Shown here: piece after piece, positions 35,846 through 49,344 of the stretch | How positions within the stretch are numbered: position 1 is the stretch's first letter | Layout of the letters: every line of letters starts with the position of its first letter | Assembly: GCA_051418035.1 (NCBI GenBank) | Contig: JBPRGE010000112.1 | Coordinates: forward strand, 5,109-69,108 | Length of the DNA stretch: 64,000 nucleotides | Reading direction: 5' to 3' | Source of the DNA: Candidatus Longimicrobiales bacterium M2_2A_002 | GTDB taxonomy: Bacteria > Gemmatimonadota > Gemmatimonadetes > Longimicrobiales > RSA9 | Program-made: the position numbers and the translations under genes | Notes under the pieces: generated by a model | Seen by the model: only the letters and a program-made list of their open reading frames with translations | The model's database searches: none | What the model was told of the DNA's origin: nothing

Positions 35846-36862
35846 TCAGACGGCGCCGGCCCGCATCAGGTCGTGCAGGTGCACGATCCCCAGGAGCCGC
35901 TGCTCGTCATCGACCACGGGAAGCGCCATGATCCCGTGCTCCTCCATCTTGTACACCGCTGCGGCGCCGAGGATCGCCGGCGTGGTCGTCTTCGGCGACC
36001 TCGTCATGACCTCCCGTACGGGGAGCTCGAAGACGTCCTCTCGGCGCTCCATCACGCGGGTGAGGTCGCCGGCCGTGACCACGCCCAGCACCCGCTCCTC
36101 ATCGTCCAGGACCGGCACGGTGCCCCGCTTCTCCGCCAGTAGCACCACGCACCGGCGCATGGGCTCGTCCGGCCCGATCCGCGGCGCGTCGGATCCCGTG
36201 ACCATGACGTCCCGGACCCGCAGCGTCAGCTTCCGGCCCAGCGCACCGCCGGGGTGGAGCCGGGCGAAGTCGTCGGGCCCGAAGTCCTTCCGGAGGAGGA
36301 GCGCGACCGCCAGCGCGTCGCCCATGGCCAGCGTCACCGTGGTCGATGTGGTCGGTGCCAGGTCCATGGGGCACGCCTCCTCCGCGACGGAGCAGTCGAG
36401 CACGACCGCCGCCGCCCGGCCCAGCGACGAGTCGGGCCGCCCGGTCATCCCTATGATGGATACACCGGACCGGCTGAGAAATTCCACCAGCGCGGACAGC
36501 TCCTCCGTCTCACCGCTCTTGGAGATCAGGATCGCCACGTCGTCCCGGCTCACGATGCCGAGGTCGCCGTGCAGCCCCTCCACCGGATGGAGGAACATGG
36601 CCGGGGTGCCGGTCGACGTCAGGGTCGCGGCGATCTTCCGGCCGATGATCCCGCTCTTCCCCAGCCCGCTCACCACGACCCGGCCTGGAGCCTCCGCCAC
36701 CGTGCGCACTGCCTCCAGGAACGTGGTATCGATCCGGCTCTCCAGCGCTGCGACCGCGGCGGACTCCAGCCGGATCACCTGCCGGGCCCGGTCGAGGAGC
36801 TCCGATTCGTCGGTGACCGGTCCGTGCCCCGTACGGACGCCCGGCAGCTCCTCCGCCTTCAT
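35846..36862 (-). CDS. kdsD: Arabinose-5-phosphate isomerase (SIS + 2 CBS)
   Basis: GLGKSG, HGDLG, EACPMDLAPTTSTT, HPGGALG. Confidence 0.95.
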   Translation of the reverse strand: MKAEELPGVRTGHGPVTDESELLDRARQVIRLESAAVAALESRIDTTFLEAVRTVAEAPGRVVVSGLGKSGIIGRKIAATLTSTGTPAMFLHPVEGLHGDLGIVSRDDVAILISKSGETEELSALVEFLSRSGVSIIGMTGRPDSSLGRAAAVVLDCSVAEEACPMDLAPTTSTTVTLAMGDALAVALLLRKDFGPDDFARLHPGGALGRKLTLRVRDVMVTGSDAPRIGPDEPMRRCVVLLAEKRGTVPVLDDEERVLGVVTAGDLTRVMERREDVFELPVREVMTRSPKTTTPAILGAAAVYKMEEHGIMALPVVDDEQRLLGIVHLHDLMRAGAV

Positions 36863-37446
36863 CCCGCACCATCCGTGTGATCGTGGATGTCGCCGCCCGC
36901 CTCGCGGGAACGTACGTACGCCTTCACGAGATCGGCCCACTGACCCCGGGCGCCGAGCAGCGCTTCGGCGAACTCGCGGACGGCGCCGCTGCCGCCGGGT
37001 CGGTCGGTCACCCACGCCGCCTCGGCCCGGAGCTCCGGCGCGGCGTTGGCCACGGCCACGGGCAGCCTGGCCCGGCGGAGGAGCGGCAGGTCGGCCAGGT
37101 CGTCCGCCAGGACCGCCAGCGTGTCCCAGCCTGCCTCCGACTCCGCGAGGACCTCCTCGACCACCCCGACCTTGTAGCCGCCCCCGACCTGGCGGCTCTC
37201 CACGCCCAGCTCCCGGGCCCGGAGCGTGGTGGCCGGCGACTCCCGGCCGCTCACCAGCACCACCCGCAGCCCGGCCCACTGGAGCATCTTGATCCCCAGG
37301 CCGTCCATGATATGGAACCGCTTCAGCTCGACCCGCTCGCCACCGGCCTGGCCCAGGTAGATCCCGTTGTCGGTCAGGACGCCGTCCACGTCCAGGACCA
37401 CGATCCGGACCGCTCCCGCGTGCCGGGCGTTGATCGCGTCAGCCAC
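36859..37446 (-). CDS. kdsC: KDO 8-phosphate phosphatase
   Basis: LDVDGVLTD, DGLGI, GGSGAVREF. Confidence 0.92.
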   Translation of the reverse strand: MADAINARHAGAVRIVVLDVDGVLTDNGIYLGQAGGERVELKRFHIMDGLGIKMLQWAGLRVVLVSGRESPATTLRARELGVESRQVGGGYKVGVVEEVLAESEAGWDTLAVLADDLADLPLLRRARLPVAVANAAPELRAEAAWVTDRPGGSGAVREFAEALLGARGQWADLVKAYVRSREAGGDIHDHTDGAG

Positions 37447-38296
37447 GGACGGCCTCCCGTTCCTCGTGCCGCGCCCGCAGCGCCGCCCGGAGGCCCAGGA
37501 CGTCCTCCATCAGCGGGCGGAACGCCTCGAGCCGCAGCATGTTCGTCGCATCGGACGGCGCCTCCCGCGGCGTCGGGTGGACCTCGAGGAACAGGGCGCC
37601 CGCTCCCGCCGACACGGCGGCCCGGACCAGCGGGACGATGAACTCCGGGTCGCCTCCGCTCACGCCCGAGCCCATCCCGGGGCGCTGGACGGAGTGGGTC
37701 CCGTCGAAGACGGTGGGCGCCCGGGTCGCATCGCGCATCCGGACGAACGACCGCATGTCCACGACCAGGTCGCCATAGCCGTGGAACGTGCCCCGCTCCG
37801 TGACGGCCACACCGCCCTCCTCGATCCCCCGGGCCTGCCGCACCTTCTCCACCGCCCCGGCCATGTCCTCCGGGGCCATCCACTGGCCCTTCTTGATGTT
37901 CACAGGCACGCCGGCCGCGCCGGCCGCCTCCAGGAGGTCGGTCTGCCGGCAGAGGAACGCCGGGACCTGGATCACATCACAGACCTCGGCCACTGCCGCC
38001 GCCTGGCGCGGCTCGTGGATGTCGGTGATCACCGGCAGCCCCGTCTCCGCCCGCACCCGGGCCAGCCGCTCCAGCCCCTCCTCGAGGCCGGGCCCCCGGG
38101 GCGAGTCGGCGCGGCTGCGGTTCGCCTTGTCGAACGACGCCTTGAAGATGATCCGGAGGTCGAGGGCGTCGGCGATCTCCGCCAGCGCTTCCCCCACCCT
38201 CAGGTTGAGGGCGTCATCCTCGAGGACACACGGCCCCGCGATGACGAAGAACGGGCCATCGCCCCGGAACAGCGGCTCCACGTCGAGGATCGGCAC
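37439..38296 (-). CDS. kdsA: KDO 8-phosphate synthase
   Basis: AGPCVLE, KASFDKANRS, PAFLCRQTDLL, KKGQW, DGTHSVQRPG. Confidence 0.97.
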   Translation of the reverse strand: MPILDVEPLFRGDGPFFVIAGPCVLEDDALNLRVGEALAEIADALDLRIIFKASFDKANRSRADSPRGPGLEEGLERLARVRAETGLPVITDIHEPRQAAAVAEVCDVIQVPAFLCRQTDLLEAAGAAGVPVNIKKGQWMAPEDMAGAVEKVRQARGIEEGGVAVTERGTFHGYGDLVVDMRSFVRMRDATRAPTVFDGTHSVQRPGMGSGVSGGDPEFIVPLVRAAVSAGAGALFLEVHPTPREAPSDATNMLRLEAFRPLMEDVLGLRAALRARHEEREAVRG

Positions 38297-38307
38297 GCCG
38301 CGCTCCC

Positions 38308-40810
<2,503 letters not shown>

Positions 40811-40886
40811 GGGACGTCGATTCGAGTGGACACCGTCCAATGTAAGGGGCGCCGGCGGCGTCCCGCCACCCTCGGCCCCGGAACGC

Positions 40887-42452
40887 TCACCGCTCCCACG
40901 GGAAGCCCGGCTCGAACGGCCACGCCAGCCCCACCAGCCACTCCTCGCGGTCCGGGTCGTCCGGCTGGATCATGTACTGGATATAGGGTCCGAAGAGCTG
41001 GATCCTGGCCCCGATCTCCTGGATCAGCGCCGGGTCGTCCTCCCCGACCCACGCCATGCCGGCCGCGTGCACGAGCTGCAGCTCCGGCGCACCGAGGACG
41101 GGCAGCGCCAGCGCGTCGGGTGTGGGGATCCGGTACAGCGACTCGATGTAGACCACGTGGTCCCCGCGGTACCCGGCGAGGGGCACGGTCTGGAGCGTGG
41201 CCGCGCCGCCCACGAACGACCATCGCTGCCCCGGCAGCGTGTCGGTCCCCAGTGGCATCTGCCCGAAGCCGCGGATCTCCAGCGTATGGTCGAGGAGCGC
41301 GTGCATGGCGAACCGTGTCCCCACGGTGGCCCGTTCGAACCGGTACTGTCCGTCGTGCCACTCGCCCCCCGCCTCGTACTCGGCTGCTGCCTCGAAGTCG
41401 ACCTCGAGCCCGTGCCATGCGAGGTCGAGCCGGCCGATCAGGCTGCTGATCCGGCCTTCGTCGATCGCCGGGTTCGGTCTGGCCTCATCGCCCAGCAGGT
41501 GCCACGGATCGCCGCCCGCCAGCGATGTGGCGTCCTCGATCTGCGCGGCCACCCGCAGTACGGCCTGGAAGCTCTTCGCCTCGTCCCCGAAGCCGTGGCT
41601 GAGCGACGTCCACGCCCGCTCGGCGTCGTAGTGGTTCCGGAAGTCGTCGCCGTCCCAGAGGTAGTTCAGCGAGCTCCGGGTGTCGCCCATCATCCAGTCG
41701 TCGTGGGTGAGTCCGTCCCGTTCGTAGCCCACGTCCGCCGTCACGGCACCGGCCCTGAGCGTGAGCGAGCCGCCGTACGTCGGCAGCCCCGGCTCGGTCC
41801 GCCACCCGCCCCGGGCCCGGACCACCGGTGTGGCACCGAGCAGCCGCGGGAACTGGTACGCCCCGCCCCAGGTGGCCGTCACCCCGTTCGCCCGGTCGTA
41901 CCGCGGCACCCGGAACCCGGCGAATCCGTCCAGCGCCATCCGGTTCGGGACGGCGTACGCCTCGATGACGAGCCGGTCGTCCTCCCGGATTACGCGGTAG
42001 GTCGCGTCCGGCAGGTCGATGATCGTGCCGTCCACGCGGGCCGCCGGCGACCGGTAGAGCCCACCGCCCATGTTGACCAGGTCACCCGCAACCCGCGACT
42101 CCGGCCGCACGAACGCGCCCGCGTCCACCACCACGAGATCGCCCAGGATCGTACCCTCGTGGATCAGTGTGGCGTCGAGCACGAGCACGGAGCGGGCGAT
42201 GGTGTCGCCAGCCAGGATCCGCCGGTCGGAGCTGACGATCAGCGGGTCCTCGGTGAGCAGCCGCGCGAGCCGGCGATCCAGCCCGATGTCCGAGCTCCCC
42301 ACCCGTTCGACGGTCTGGGCGGCCGCGGCGCCGGCCACGGCCAGCAGCACCACGGCCAGCACCGCAGTCCGGACCAGCTCCCGGGCCACCGCCCCCGTCG
42401 CGCGTGCCCTGCGGGGCCCCGACCCTGCGGGCCACAGCGGTCGGCCCGTCAT
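40887..42452 (-). CDS. Secreted hypothetical protein (beta-helix-like N-terminus, probable beta-barrel C-terminus)
   Basis: Signal peptide ending AAAA-QT; I.GDLVV / V.GDLV.MGG repeats; YDRANG; aromatic beta-strands. Confidence 0.55.
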   Translation of the reverse strand: MTGRPLWPAGSGPRRARATGAVARELVRTAVLAVVLLAVAGAAAAQTVERVGSSDIGLDRRLARLLTEDPLIVSSDRRILAGDTIARSVLVLDATLIHEGTILGDLVVVDAGAFVRPESRVAGDLVNMGGGLYRSPAARVDGTIIDLPDATYRVIREDDRLVIEAYAVPNRMALDGFAGFRVPRYDRANGVTATWGGAYQFPRLLGATPVVRARGGWRTEPGLPTYGGSLTLRAGAVTADVGYERDGLTHDDWMMGDTRSSLNYLWDGDDFRNHYDAERAWTSLSHGFGDEAKSFQAVLRVAAQIEDATSLAGGDPWHLLGDEARPNPAIDEGRISSLIGRLDLAWHGLEVDFEAAAEYEAGGEWHDGQYRFERATVGTRFAMHALLDHTLEIRGFGQMPLGTDTLPGQRWSFVGGAATLQTVPLAGYRGDHVVYIESLYRIPTPDALALPVLGAPELQLVHAAGMAWVGEDDPALIQEIGARIQLFGPYIQYMIQPDDPDREEWLVGLAWPFEPGFPWER

Positions 42453-43030
42453 GCCGCGAGCTCCAGGAAGTTCTGCATCAGCCGATCGCCGTGGGCGCTC
42501 GCCACCGACTCGGGGTGGAACTGGACGCCCCAGACCGGGTGCTCCCGATGCCGCACCGCCTGGATCTCGTCCTCCCAGCCGGCCTCGTCCGTCCACGCCA
42601 CCACTTCCAGCGCGTCCGGCAGGCTCCCGGGCTCCAGGACGAGCGAGTGGTAGCGGGTCATCGCGACCGGCGTGGGCACGCCCCGGAAGAGCCCCGTACC
42701 GGTGTGGGCCACGGCGGAGACCTTCCCGTGCATCAGCCGTCGGGCCCGGACCACCCGTCCGCCGTACGCCGCCCCGATGGCCTGATGCCCCAGGCAGACG
42801 CCCAGCGTCGGGACCTCCGGGCCGAACCGTCGTATGACCTCCACGCTGATCCCGGCCTCGGCGGGGGTGCAGGGTCCCGGCGAGACCACGATCCGGTCCG
42901 GCGCCAGCGCCTCGATGGCGTCGAGGTCGATGGCGTCGTTGCGGCGCACCTCGACCTCGGCCCCGAGCCCGCCCAGGAGCTGGACCAGGTTGAATGTGAA
43001 CGAGTCGTAGTTGTCGATGACCAGTATCAT
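42449..43030 (-). CDS. Anthranilate/aminodeoxychorismate synthase component II (TrpG/PabA)
   Basis: [37 protein letters not shown]. Confidence 0.93.
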   Translation of the reverse strand: MILVIDNYDSFTFNLVQLLGGLGAEVEVRRNDAIDLDAIEALAPDRIVVSPGPCTPAEAGISVEVIRRFGPEVPTLGVCLGHQAIGAAYGGRVVRARRLMHGKVSAVAHTGTGLFRGVPTPVAMTRYHSLVLEPGSLPDALEVVAWTDEAGWEDEIQAVRHREHPVWGVQFHPESVASAHGDRLMQNFLELAA

Positions 43031-43920
43031 GCCCTGGGATGATAGCGTCGGTGGACGTCCCGTAGATAGTCCCGGTCCACGTGCGTGTAGATCTGGGTGG
43101 TGGAGATGTCCGCGTGGCCCAGCATCTCCTGGACCGCCGCCAGATCCGCCCCGCCCTCCAGGAGGTGGGTGGCGAACGTGTGCCGCAGCGTGTGCGGCGT
43201 CACCCGCCCCTCGATCCCGGCCCGCTCCACGTGCTTCCGCAGGATCTTCCAAACGCCCATCCGCGTCAGGGACCCGCCCCGCGCGTTCAGGAACAGCGCG
43301 CCACCCCCCTTCCCTCCCCCCTGCTCGAGCCGCGGCCGCAGCTCCCGCAGGTAGGTCCGGATCGCCCGGACCGCGGCGCCCCCGACCGGCACGAGCCGCT
43401 CCTTCGATCCCTTCCCGTGGACGGTCGCGAATCCTTCCTCCAGGTCCAGGTCCCGCACCTTCAGCCCCGTCAGCTCGCTCACCCGGACGCCCGAGGCGTA
43501 GGCGAACTCGAGGATCGCCCGGTCCCGCCAGTACAGCCGGTGCGACGGGTCCGGCGCCTCGACCAGGCGCTGGATCTCATCCCGGTTGAGCACGTTCGGC
43601 AGCCGCTCCCACGTCTTCGGCGGCTCGATCTGCTCGGTGGGGTCGGACTCCACCAGGTCCTCCACCAGCAGGAACCCGAAATAGGTCCGGACCGCCGAGA
43701 GCGTCCGACGGATGGAGCTGGGCGCCAGCCCCTGGTCGCGGAGGTGGTACGTGAACTCCCGGATATCCGCCGGCTCCGCCTCGCCCGGCCCTTCGATGCC
43801 CCGGCTGGCCAGGAACTCCTCGAGTCGCTCCGTGTCGCGGCCGTAGGCCTCCAGTGTCCGCGGGCTCAGTCCCCGCTCGAACGCCAGATAGTCGTGGAAC
43901 CGCTCCCGATGGAAGCTCAC
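43027..43920 (-). CDS. xerD: Site-specific tyrosine recombinase XerD
   Basis: [66 protein letters not shown]. Confidence 0.92.
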   Translation of the reverse strand: MSFHRERFHDYLAFERGLSPRTLEAYGRDTERLEEFLASRGIEGPGEAEPADIREFTYHLRDQGLAPSSIRRTLSAVRTYFGFLLVEDLVESDPTEQIEPPKTWERLPNVLNRDEIQRLVEAPDPSHRLYWRDRAILEFAYASGVRVSELTGLKVRDLDLEEGFATVHGKGSKERLVPVGGAAVRAIRTYLRELRPRLEQGGGKGGGALFLNARGGSLTRMGVWKILRKHVERAGIEGRVTPHTLRHTFATHLLEGGADLAAVQEMLGHADISTTQIYTHVDRDYLRDVHRRYHPRA

Positions 43921-44540
43921 GACTCGTCGTCGTGGTGCCGCGTGCGCCACCACCAGACCGCCACGGCCGCGCCGATCGCGCCGGCGAGCCAGAGGAGGAT
44001 GTTGTTGATCCCGGCGAACCACCGGAAGACCGCCTCCAGGTTCGCGGCCATGAGCACGCCCAGGTACACGAGGAGGCCATACCAGAGCGCCGAGGCCACG
44101 ACCATCGGCGCCACCACCTTCAGCGGCCGGACCCGTGAGACGCCGGCGAATACGGGGACCATCGCCCGCCATGCCGGCAGGAACCGCGAGAAGAAGATCG
44201 CGGGAACGCCCCAGCTGTCGTAGAAGCTGCCGATCTGGTCCAGCTGATGCTCGCGAAGCAGCCAGCGGGCCATCGGCATCTTGAAGAACCGGCGGCCGTA
44301 GTGCCACGCCACGGCGTACACGCCCACGGCCGACAGCACGTTGAACGACCAGGTCACGAAGAAGACGATCCACGGGTCTGCCGCGCCCTCGGCCGCCAGC
44401 AGCGCGCCGGCCAGCACGAAGGTGTCGGCCGGGATCGGCGGCACCACGTTCTCCACGGCCGCACCGCCACCCAGCAGGAGATAGAGGAGGAGCGGCGGCA
44501 GCCGGGTCAGAGCCCGCAAAACCGCCGTGATGGTCTCCAT
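43917..44540 (-). CDS. DedA family membrane protein
   Basis: ENVVPPIPADT, SRFLPAWR. Confidence 0.85.
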   Translation of the reverse strand: METITAVLRALTRLPPLLLYLLLGGGAAVENVVPPIPADTFVLAGALLAAEGAADPWIVFFVTWSFNVLSAVGVYAVAWHYGRRFFKMPMARWLLREHQLDQIGSFYDSWGVPAIFFSRFLPAWRAMVPVFAGVSRVRPLKVVAPMVVASALWYGLLVYLGVLMAANLEAVFRWFAGINNILLWLAGAIGAAVAVWWWRTRHHDDES

Positions 44541-44550
44541 CGATCCGCCC

Positions 44551-45024
44551 TCAGGCCCCGGTGAGCATCGCCACGGCGAGGGCGCCGATCCCCTCGCCCC
44601 GACCGATCCAACCCATCCCCTCGTTGGTCGTCGCCTTCACCGCGACCGCGCCCCGATCCAGCCCCAGCGCGCCGGCCAGCCGATCGCGCATCGCCTCGAT
44701 GTGGGGGGCCAGACGCGGGGCCTCACATACGACCGTTACGTCCACGTTCGACGGCCGGTACCCCGCCCCACGGACCCGCTCGGTCACCCGGCGCAGCAGC
44801 GCAATGGAGTCGGCATCGCGCCACGCCTCGTCCTCCGGCGGGAAGTGCGCCCCGATGTCCCCGAGCGCCGCAGCGCCGAGCAGCGCGTCGGCGACGGCGT
44901 GGGCCACGGCGTCGGCGTCCGAGTGCCCCGCCAGCCCCCGCCCGTGGGGGATCTCCACACCGCCCAGGACGAGCCGACGCCCCTCGGCGAACCGGTGCGA
45001 GTCGTACCCGATCCCTGCGCGCAT
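44551..45024 (-). CDS. ispF: 2-C-methyl-D-erythritol 2,4-cyclodiphosphate synthase
   Basis: GIGYDSH, GHSDAD, DIGAHFP, KATTNE. Confidence 0.96.
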   Translation of the reverse strand: MRAGIGYDSHRFAEGRRLVLGGVEIPHGRGLAGHSDADAVAHAVADALLGAAALGDIGAHFPPEDEAWRDADSIALLRRVTERVRGAGYRPSNVDVTVVCEAPRLAPHIEAMRDRLAGALGLDRGAVAVKATTNEGMGWIGRGEGIGALAVAMLTGA

Positions 45025-45104
45025 CTAACCCCTCTCGAAGAAAGCCGGAAGCGACACAGCGTCGCTCCCGGCTACCGCTCTAAGCGGAGCGGCTCCCGTG
45101 CCGC

Positions 45105-46376
45105 CTACTCTTCCCAGCGCTGGAACGCCAGGCACACGTTGTGTCCTCCGAAGCCGAACGAGTTCGTCACCGCCGCCCGGACATCCCGCTCTCGCCGCTC
45201 GTTGTGCGCGTAGTCCAGGTCGCACTCCGGGTCCGGCGTCTCGAAGTTGATGGTCGGCGGGATCTGACCCGTCCGGGCCACCAGCGTCGAGATGATCCCC
45301 TCCACGGCGCCCGCAGCGCCGAGGAGGTGACCGGTCATGGACTTCGTCGAGCCCATGACCAGCCGGTCGGCAGCGTCGCCGAACACGGCCTTCACCGCCT
45401 TCGTCTCGTTCACATCGTTCGCGGGCGTCGACGTGCCATGTGCGTTGATGTAGCCCACGTCGCCGGGCTCGAGGCCCGCGTCGTCCAGCGCGGCCCGGAT
45501 GGCGAGCTGGGCGCCCGCGCCCTCCGGCGCCGGCGCCGTCATGTGGTACGCGTCGGCGCTCTGGCCGAACCCCACGATCTCGCCCAGAATCGTGGCGCCG
45601 CGGGCCTGCGCGTGCTCCAGCGACTCCAGGATCATCGTCCCGGCCCCCTCACCCAGAACGAACCCGTCGCGGTCGGCGTCGAACGGCCGGCTCGCCTTCT
45701 CCGGCGCGTCGTTGCGGGTCGAGAGCGCCTTCATGTTCCCGAACCCGGCGATGGCCAGCGGCGTCACCGAGGCCTCCGTGCCGCCGGCGATCATCACGTC
45801 CGCCTCGCCGTCCTGCACGAGACGGTACGCGTTGCCGATGGCATGCGCGCTCGACGAGCACGCCGAGACCGTGGCGTAGTTCGCCCCTCGCGCGCCGAAC
45901 CGCATGGATACCAGCCCCGGCGCCATGTCCGGGATGAACATCGGAACGAAGAACGGGCTGACCCGTCCCGGCCCCCGCTCCAGCATGGTCTGTGTCTGCT
46001 TCTCGAACGTGCTGATCCCGCCGATCCCGCTCCCGATGATCACACCCACGCGGTTCGGGTTGGCCGGCGCCAGGTCATCGCCCAGCCCGGCGTGCTGCAC
46101 CGCCTGCACCGAGACCGCCATGGCGAACTGGGCGAACCGGTCCGCGCGGCGGGCCTCCTTCCGATCCATGTACTCCTCGGGATCGAAGCCCTTCACCTCG
46201 CAGGCGAACCGGGTGCTGTAGTCCTCGCCGACCTCGAACTGGGTGATGGGAGCCGCGCCGCTGGTCCCGGCCAGCAGCGCGTCCCATGCACTCTCCACGT
46301 CGTTGCCCACCGGGGTCAGCAGGCCGAGGCCCGTGATGACCACACGATGGCGCCCGTCCGGTGTCCTTGTTTCCAT
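45105..46376 (-). CDS. fabF: 3-oxoacyl-ACP synthase II
   Basis: SACSS, SRPFDADRDGFV, NAHGTST, GHLLGAAG, NSFGFGGHN. Confidence 0.97.
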   Translation of the reverse strand: METRTPDGRHRVVITGLGLLTPVGNDVESAWDALLAGTSGAAPITQFEVGEDYSTRFACEVKGFDPEEYMDRKEARRADRFAQFAMAVSVQAVQHAGLGDDLAPANPNRVGVIIGSGIGGISTFEKQTQTMLERGPGRVSPFFVPMFIPDMAPGLVSMRFGARGANYATVSACSSSAHAIGNAYRLVQDGEADVMIAGGTEASVTPLAIAGFGNMKALSTRNDAPEKASRPFDADRDGFVLGEGAGTMILESLEHAQARGATILGEIVGFGQSADAYHMTAPAPEGAGAQLAIRAALDDAGLEPGDVGYINAHGTSTPANDVNETKAVKAVFGDAADRLVMGSTKSMTGHLLGAAGAVEGIISTLVARTGQIPPTINFETPDPECDLDYAHNERRERDVRAAVTNSFGFGGHNVCLAFQRWEE

Positions 46377-46390
46377 CTGCTCGGCGGCCG

Positions 46391-46630
46391 CTACTCGGCC
46401 TGCTCCTCGATGTACTTGATGGCGTCACCCACCGTCTGGAGCTGCTCGGCGTCCTCATCTGGGATCTCCATGCCGAACTCCTCCTCGAAGGCCATCACCA
46501 GCTCCACGGTGTCCAGCGAGTCGGCGCCCAGATCCTCGACGAACGACGCCTCCGGCGTGACCTTCTCGGCCTCCACGCCCAGCTCGTTCACGATGATCTC
46601 CTTGACCCGCTCCTGAGTGTTCTCCGCCAT
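46391..46630 (-). CDS. acpP: Acyl carrier protein
   Basis: [20 protein letters not shown]. Confidence 0.98.
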   Translation of the reverse strand: MAENTQERVKEIIVNELGVEAEKVTPEASFVEDLGADSLDTVELVMAFEEEFGMEIPDEDAEQLQTVGDAIKYIEEQAE

Positions 46631-46686
46631 CCTGTCCTCTCTGGTTGGATTGTAGGGAATCGTGCTAGTGAAAATCCTGCGTCCTT

Positions 46687-47430
46687 CTACATGACCATCC
46701 CGCCGTCTACCACCAGCACCTGGCCGGTCATGTAGCCGGCGTCCGGACCCGCCAGGAACGCGACCACGCCGGCCACGTCCTCCGGATCACCGAGCCTGCC
46801 CAGGGCGATCTGGCCCCGGAGCGCGGAGATCGCCTCCTCGGAGAGCTCCGCCGTCATGTCGGTGTCTATGAAACCCGGTGCGACCGCATTGCACAGGACG
46901 TTCCGCGAGGCCAGCTCCTTCGCCACCGACTTCGTCAGTCCCAGGAGTCCGGCCTTCGATGCTGCGTAGTTTACCTGCCCCCGGTTCCCGGTCAAGCCGA
47001 CCACGCTCGTGATGTTGATGATCCGACCGGCCCGTCGCTTCATCATCCCGCGGGAAACCGCACGCACCACGTTGAACGCGCCTTTCAGGTTCGTGTCCAG
47101 GACCGTGTCCCACGCCTCGTCGGAGAGGCGGACCAGGATGTTGTCCTCGGTCACACCGGCGTTGTTGACCACGATGTCCAGGGGGCCGACCTCGTCGTCC
47201 ACCCGCTCGGCCAATGCGTCCACCGATGCCCGGTCCGCCACGTCGCACGCCGCGCCCAGGTGGCCGTCGCCCGGCAGCTCCGCCGCCACCGCCGCCGCCC
47301 GCTCCTCCGACCGGGACGTGACTACGACCCGGGCGCCGTCCGCCGCCAGCCGGCCAGCGATCGCCCGTCCGATGCCGCGGCTCCCGCCCGTCACCAGCGC
47401 GATCCGGTCCTTCAGTACGCCCTCGGCCAT
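46687..47430 (-). CDS. fabG: 3-oxoacyl-ACP reductase
   Basis: [27 protein letters not shown]. Confidence 0.96.
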   Translation of the reverse strand: MAEGVLKDRIALVTGGSRGIGRAIAGRLAADGARVVVTSRSEERAAAVAAELPGDGHLGAACDVADRASVDALAERVDDEVGPLDIVVNNAGVTEDNILVRLSDEAWDTVLDTNLKGAFNVVRAVSRGMMKRRAGRIINITSVVGLTGNRGQVNYAASKAGLLGLTKSVAKELASRNVLCNAVAPGFIDTDMTAELSEEAISALRGQIALGRLGDPEDVAGVVAFLAGPDAGYMTGQVLVVDGGMVM

Positions 47431-47434
47431 CGCT

Positions 47435-48358
47435 CTACTCTTCCAGGAAGCTGTCAATCTGCTCCGCCGTATCCAGACCCGTCACGTCCGCGCTCCGGTC
47501 GATGCGACGCATGAGCCCCGCCAGGACCCGACCGGGGCCCAGCTCGTAGAACCCGTCCGCGCCGGCCTCCAGCATGGTACGCATCGACGCCGTCCAGCGC
47601 ACGGGCGACGTCAGCTGCTCGATCAGCAACCGCTCCGCCTCGGCCGGGTCGGCGACCGGCTCGGCCGACACGTTCGACACCACCGGGAACGACGGCGTCG
47701 AGAGCTCGACGTCGGCCAGGTGCGCCCGGAGCCCCGACTCCGCCACCGCCATCAACGGCGAGTGGAAGGCGCCCGAGACGTTCAGCGGCAGCGCACGACG
47801 GGCGCCGGCCTCCTTGGCCATCTCCATGGCGCGGGCCACCGCCGGCTCATCGCCACTGATCACGACCTGGCCGGGGCTGTTGAAGTTGGCCGGCACGCAG
47901 TCGCCGCCGGCATCGGCCGCCTCGCGGCACACACGCTCCACGACCTCGTCGTCGAGCCCGATGATCGCCGCCATCGTGCCCGGCCGCGCTTCGCCGCTCT
48001 CGAACATCAGCTCGCCACGCCGCCGGACCGCGCGGACCGCGTCCTCGAAGCCCAGCGTCCCGGCCGCCACGTGGGCGCTGAACTCGCCCAGCGAGTGTCC
48101 GGCCGCCATCCCCACGTCGGCCAGCCGGTCCGCCACCAGCGTGTGGACGGCGATGGAGTGGGTGAGGATCGCCGGCTGCGCGTTGTGGGTCGCCGTGAGC
48201 TCGTCCTCCGGCCCCTCCCACATGACCGCCGTGAGCGACGTGCCCAGTGCTTCATCGGCCCGCTCGAACACCTCACGCGCCGCCGGGTACTGCGCCGCCA
48301 CGTCCCGGCCCATCCCCACGTACTGCGAGCCCTGACCCGGGAACAGGAGCGCTACCAC
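47435..48358 (-). CDS. fabD: Malonyl-CoA:ACP transacylase
   Basis: FPGQGSQ, GHSLGE, VSGAFHS. Confidence 0.96.
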   Translation of the reverse strand: MVALLFPGQGSQYVGMGRDVAAQYPAAREVFERADEALGTSLTAVMWEGPEDELTATHNAQPAILTHSIAVHTLVADRLADVGMAAGHSLGEFSAHVAAGTLGFEDAVRAVRRRGELMFESGEARPGTMAAIIGLDDEVVERVCREAADAGGDCVPANFNSPGQVVISGDEPAVARAMEMAKEAGARRALPLNVSGAFHSPLMAVAESGLRAHLADVELSTPSFPVVSNVSAEPVADPAEAERLLIEQLTSPVRWTASMRTMLEAGADGFYELGPGRVLAGLMRRIDRSADVTGLDTAEQIDSFLEE

Positions 48359-49344
48359 TGGACCACCGCCGAGCCCCAGGTGAAGCCCGCGCCGAACGCC
48401 ACCATCAGGATGTAGTCACCCTCCTGGATACGGCCCGCCTCCAGCGCCTCGTCCAGCGCCACGGGGACGGTGGCCGAGCTCATGTTCCCGAACCGGTCCA
48501 CGTTCACGTAGACCTTGTCCATCGGCACATTCGCGTACTTCGCCGTGGACTCGATGATCCGGATGTTGGCCTGGTGGGGGATGAACAGGTCGATATCCTC
48601 GCCCGTCAACCCCGCCCGCAGCAGCGCCTGGTCGGCCGCCTCCGCCATGGACCGGACGGCCGCCTTGAAGACCTCCCGCCCGGCCATCTTGACCAGATGG
48701 CTCCGCTCATCCAGCACCTGGGCGCTCATGGGCTCCCTCGTGCCGCCGGCCGGACGCCACAACAGCTCGGCCAGCGTGCCATCCGACCGGTTGAAGCTCG
48801 AGATCAGCCCCCGCCCGTTCTCCGAGCGCTTCACGACCGCCGCACCGGCACCGTCGCCGAAGAGCACGGCGGTGGACCGGTCGTCCCAGTCCACGATGGC
48901 GCTCATCTTCTCCGTCGAGATCACCAGCGCGATCTCCGCCCGACCCGACATCAGGTGGCCCTCGGCGATGGCCAGCCCGTACAGGAACCCCGTGCACGCC
49001 GCCGAAATGTCGTACGCGGCGGCGTTCTCGGCCCCCAGCTGCGCCTGGATGTCCACCGCCGTGGCCGGAAGCAGACGGTCCGGTGTGGCCGTCGAGACCA
49101 CGATCACGTCCACCTCACCGGCATGGATCCCCGCCCGCTCCATGGCGATCCGCGCGGCGTTCGCGCCCATGTCGGCCGCGCCGGTCTCGTCATCGGCGAT
49201 CCGCCGCTCGACGATCCCCGTCCGTCCCCGGATCCACTCGTCGGACGTGTCCAGCTCCTTCTCCAGATCGTGGTTCGTGACGACCCGGTCCGGGAGCCAG
49301 CGTCCCGTCGAGATGATCTCTACTGCCGGTTTCGGGATCCTCAT
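48352..49344 (-). CDS. fabH: 3-oxoacyl-ACP synthase III
   Basis: AACTGF, FGDGAGA, PHQANIRI, GNMSSA, FGAGFTWG. Confidence 0.96.
   Translation of the reverse strand: MRIPKPAVEIISTGRWLPDRVVTNHDLEKELDTSDEWIRGRTGIVERRIADDETGAADMGANAARIAMERAGIHAGEVDVIVVSTATPDRLLPATAVDIQAQLGAENAAAYDISAACTGFLYGLAIAEGHLMSGRAEIALVISTEKMSAIVDWDDRSTAVLFGDGAGAAVVKRSENGRGLISSFNRSDGTLAELLWRPAGGTREPMSAQVLDERSHLVKMAGREVFKAAVRSMAEAADQALLRAGLTGEDIDLFIPHQANIRIIESTAKYANVPMDKVYVNVDRFGNMSSATVPVALDEALEAGRIQEGDYILMVAFGAGFTWGSAVVQW

Noticed and set aside
43027..43920. Second mobile-element integrase
   Set aside because: Canonical XerD motifs, embedded and coupled within a housekeeping operon
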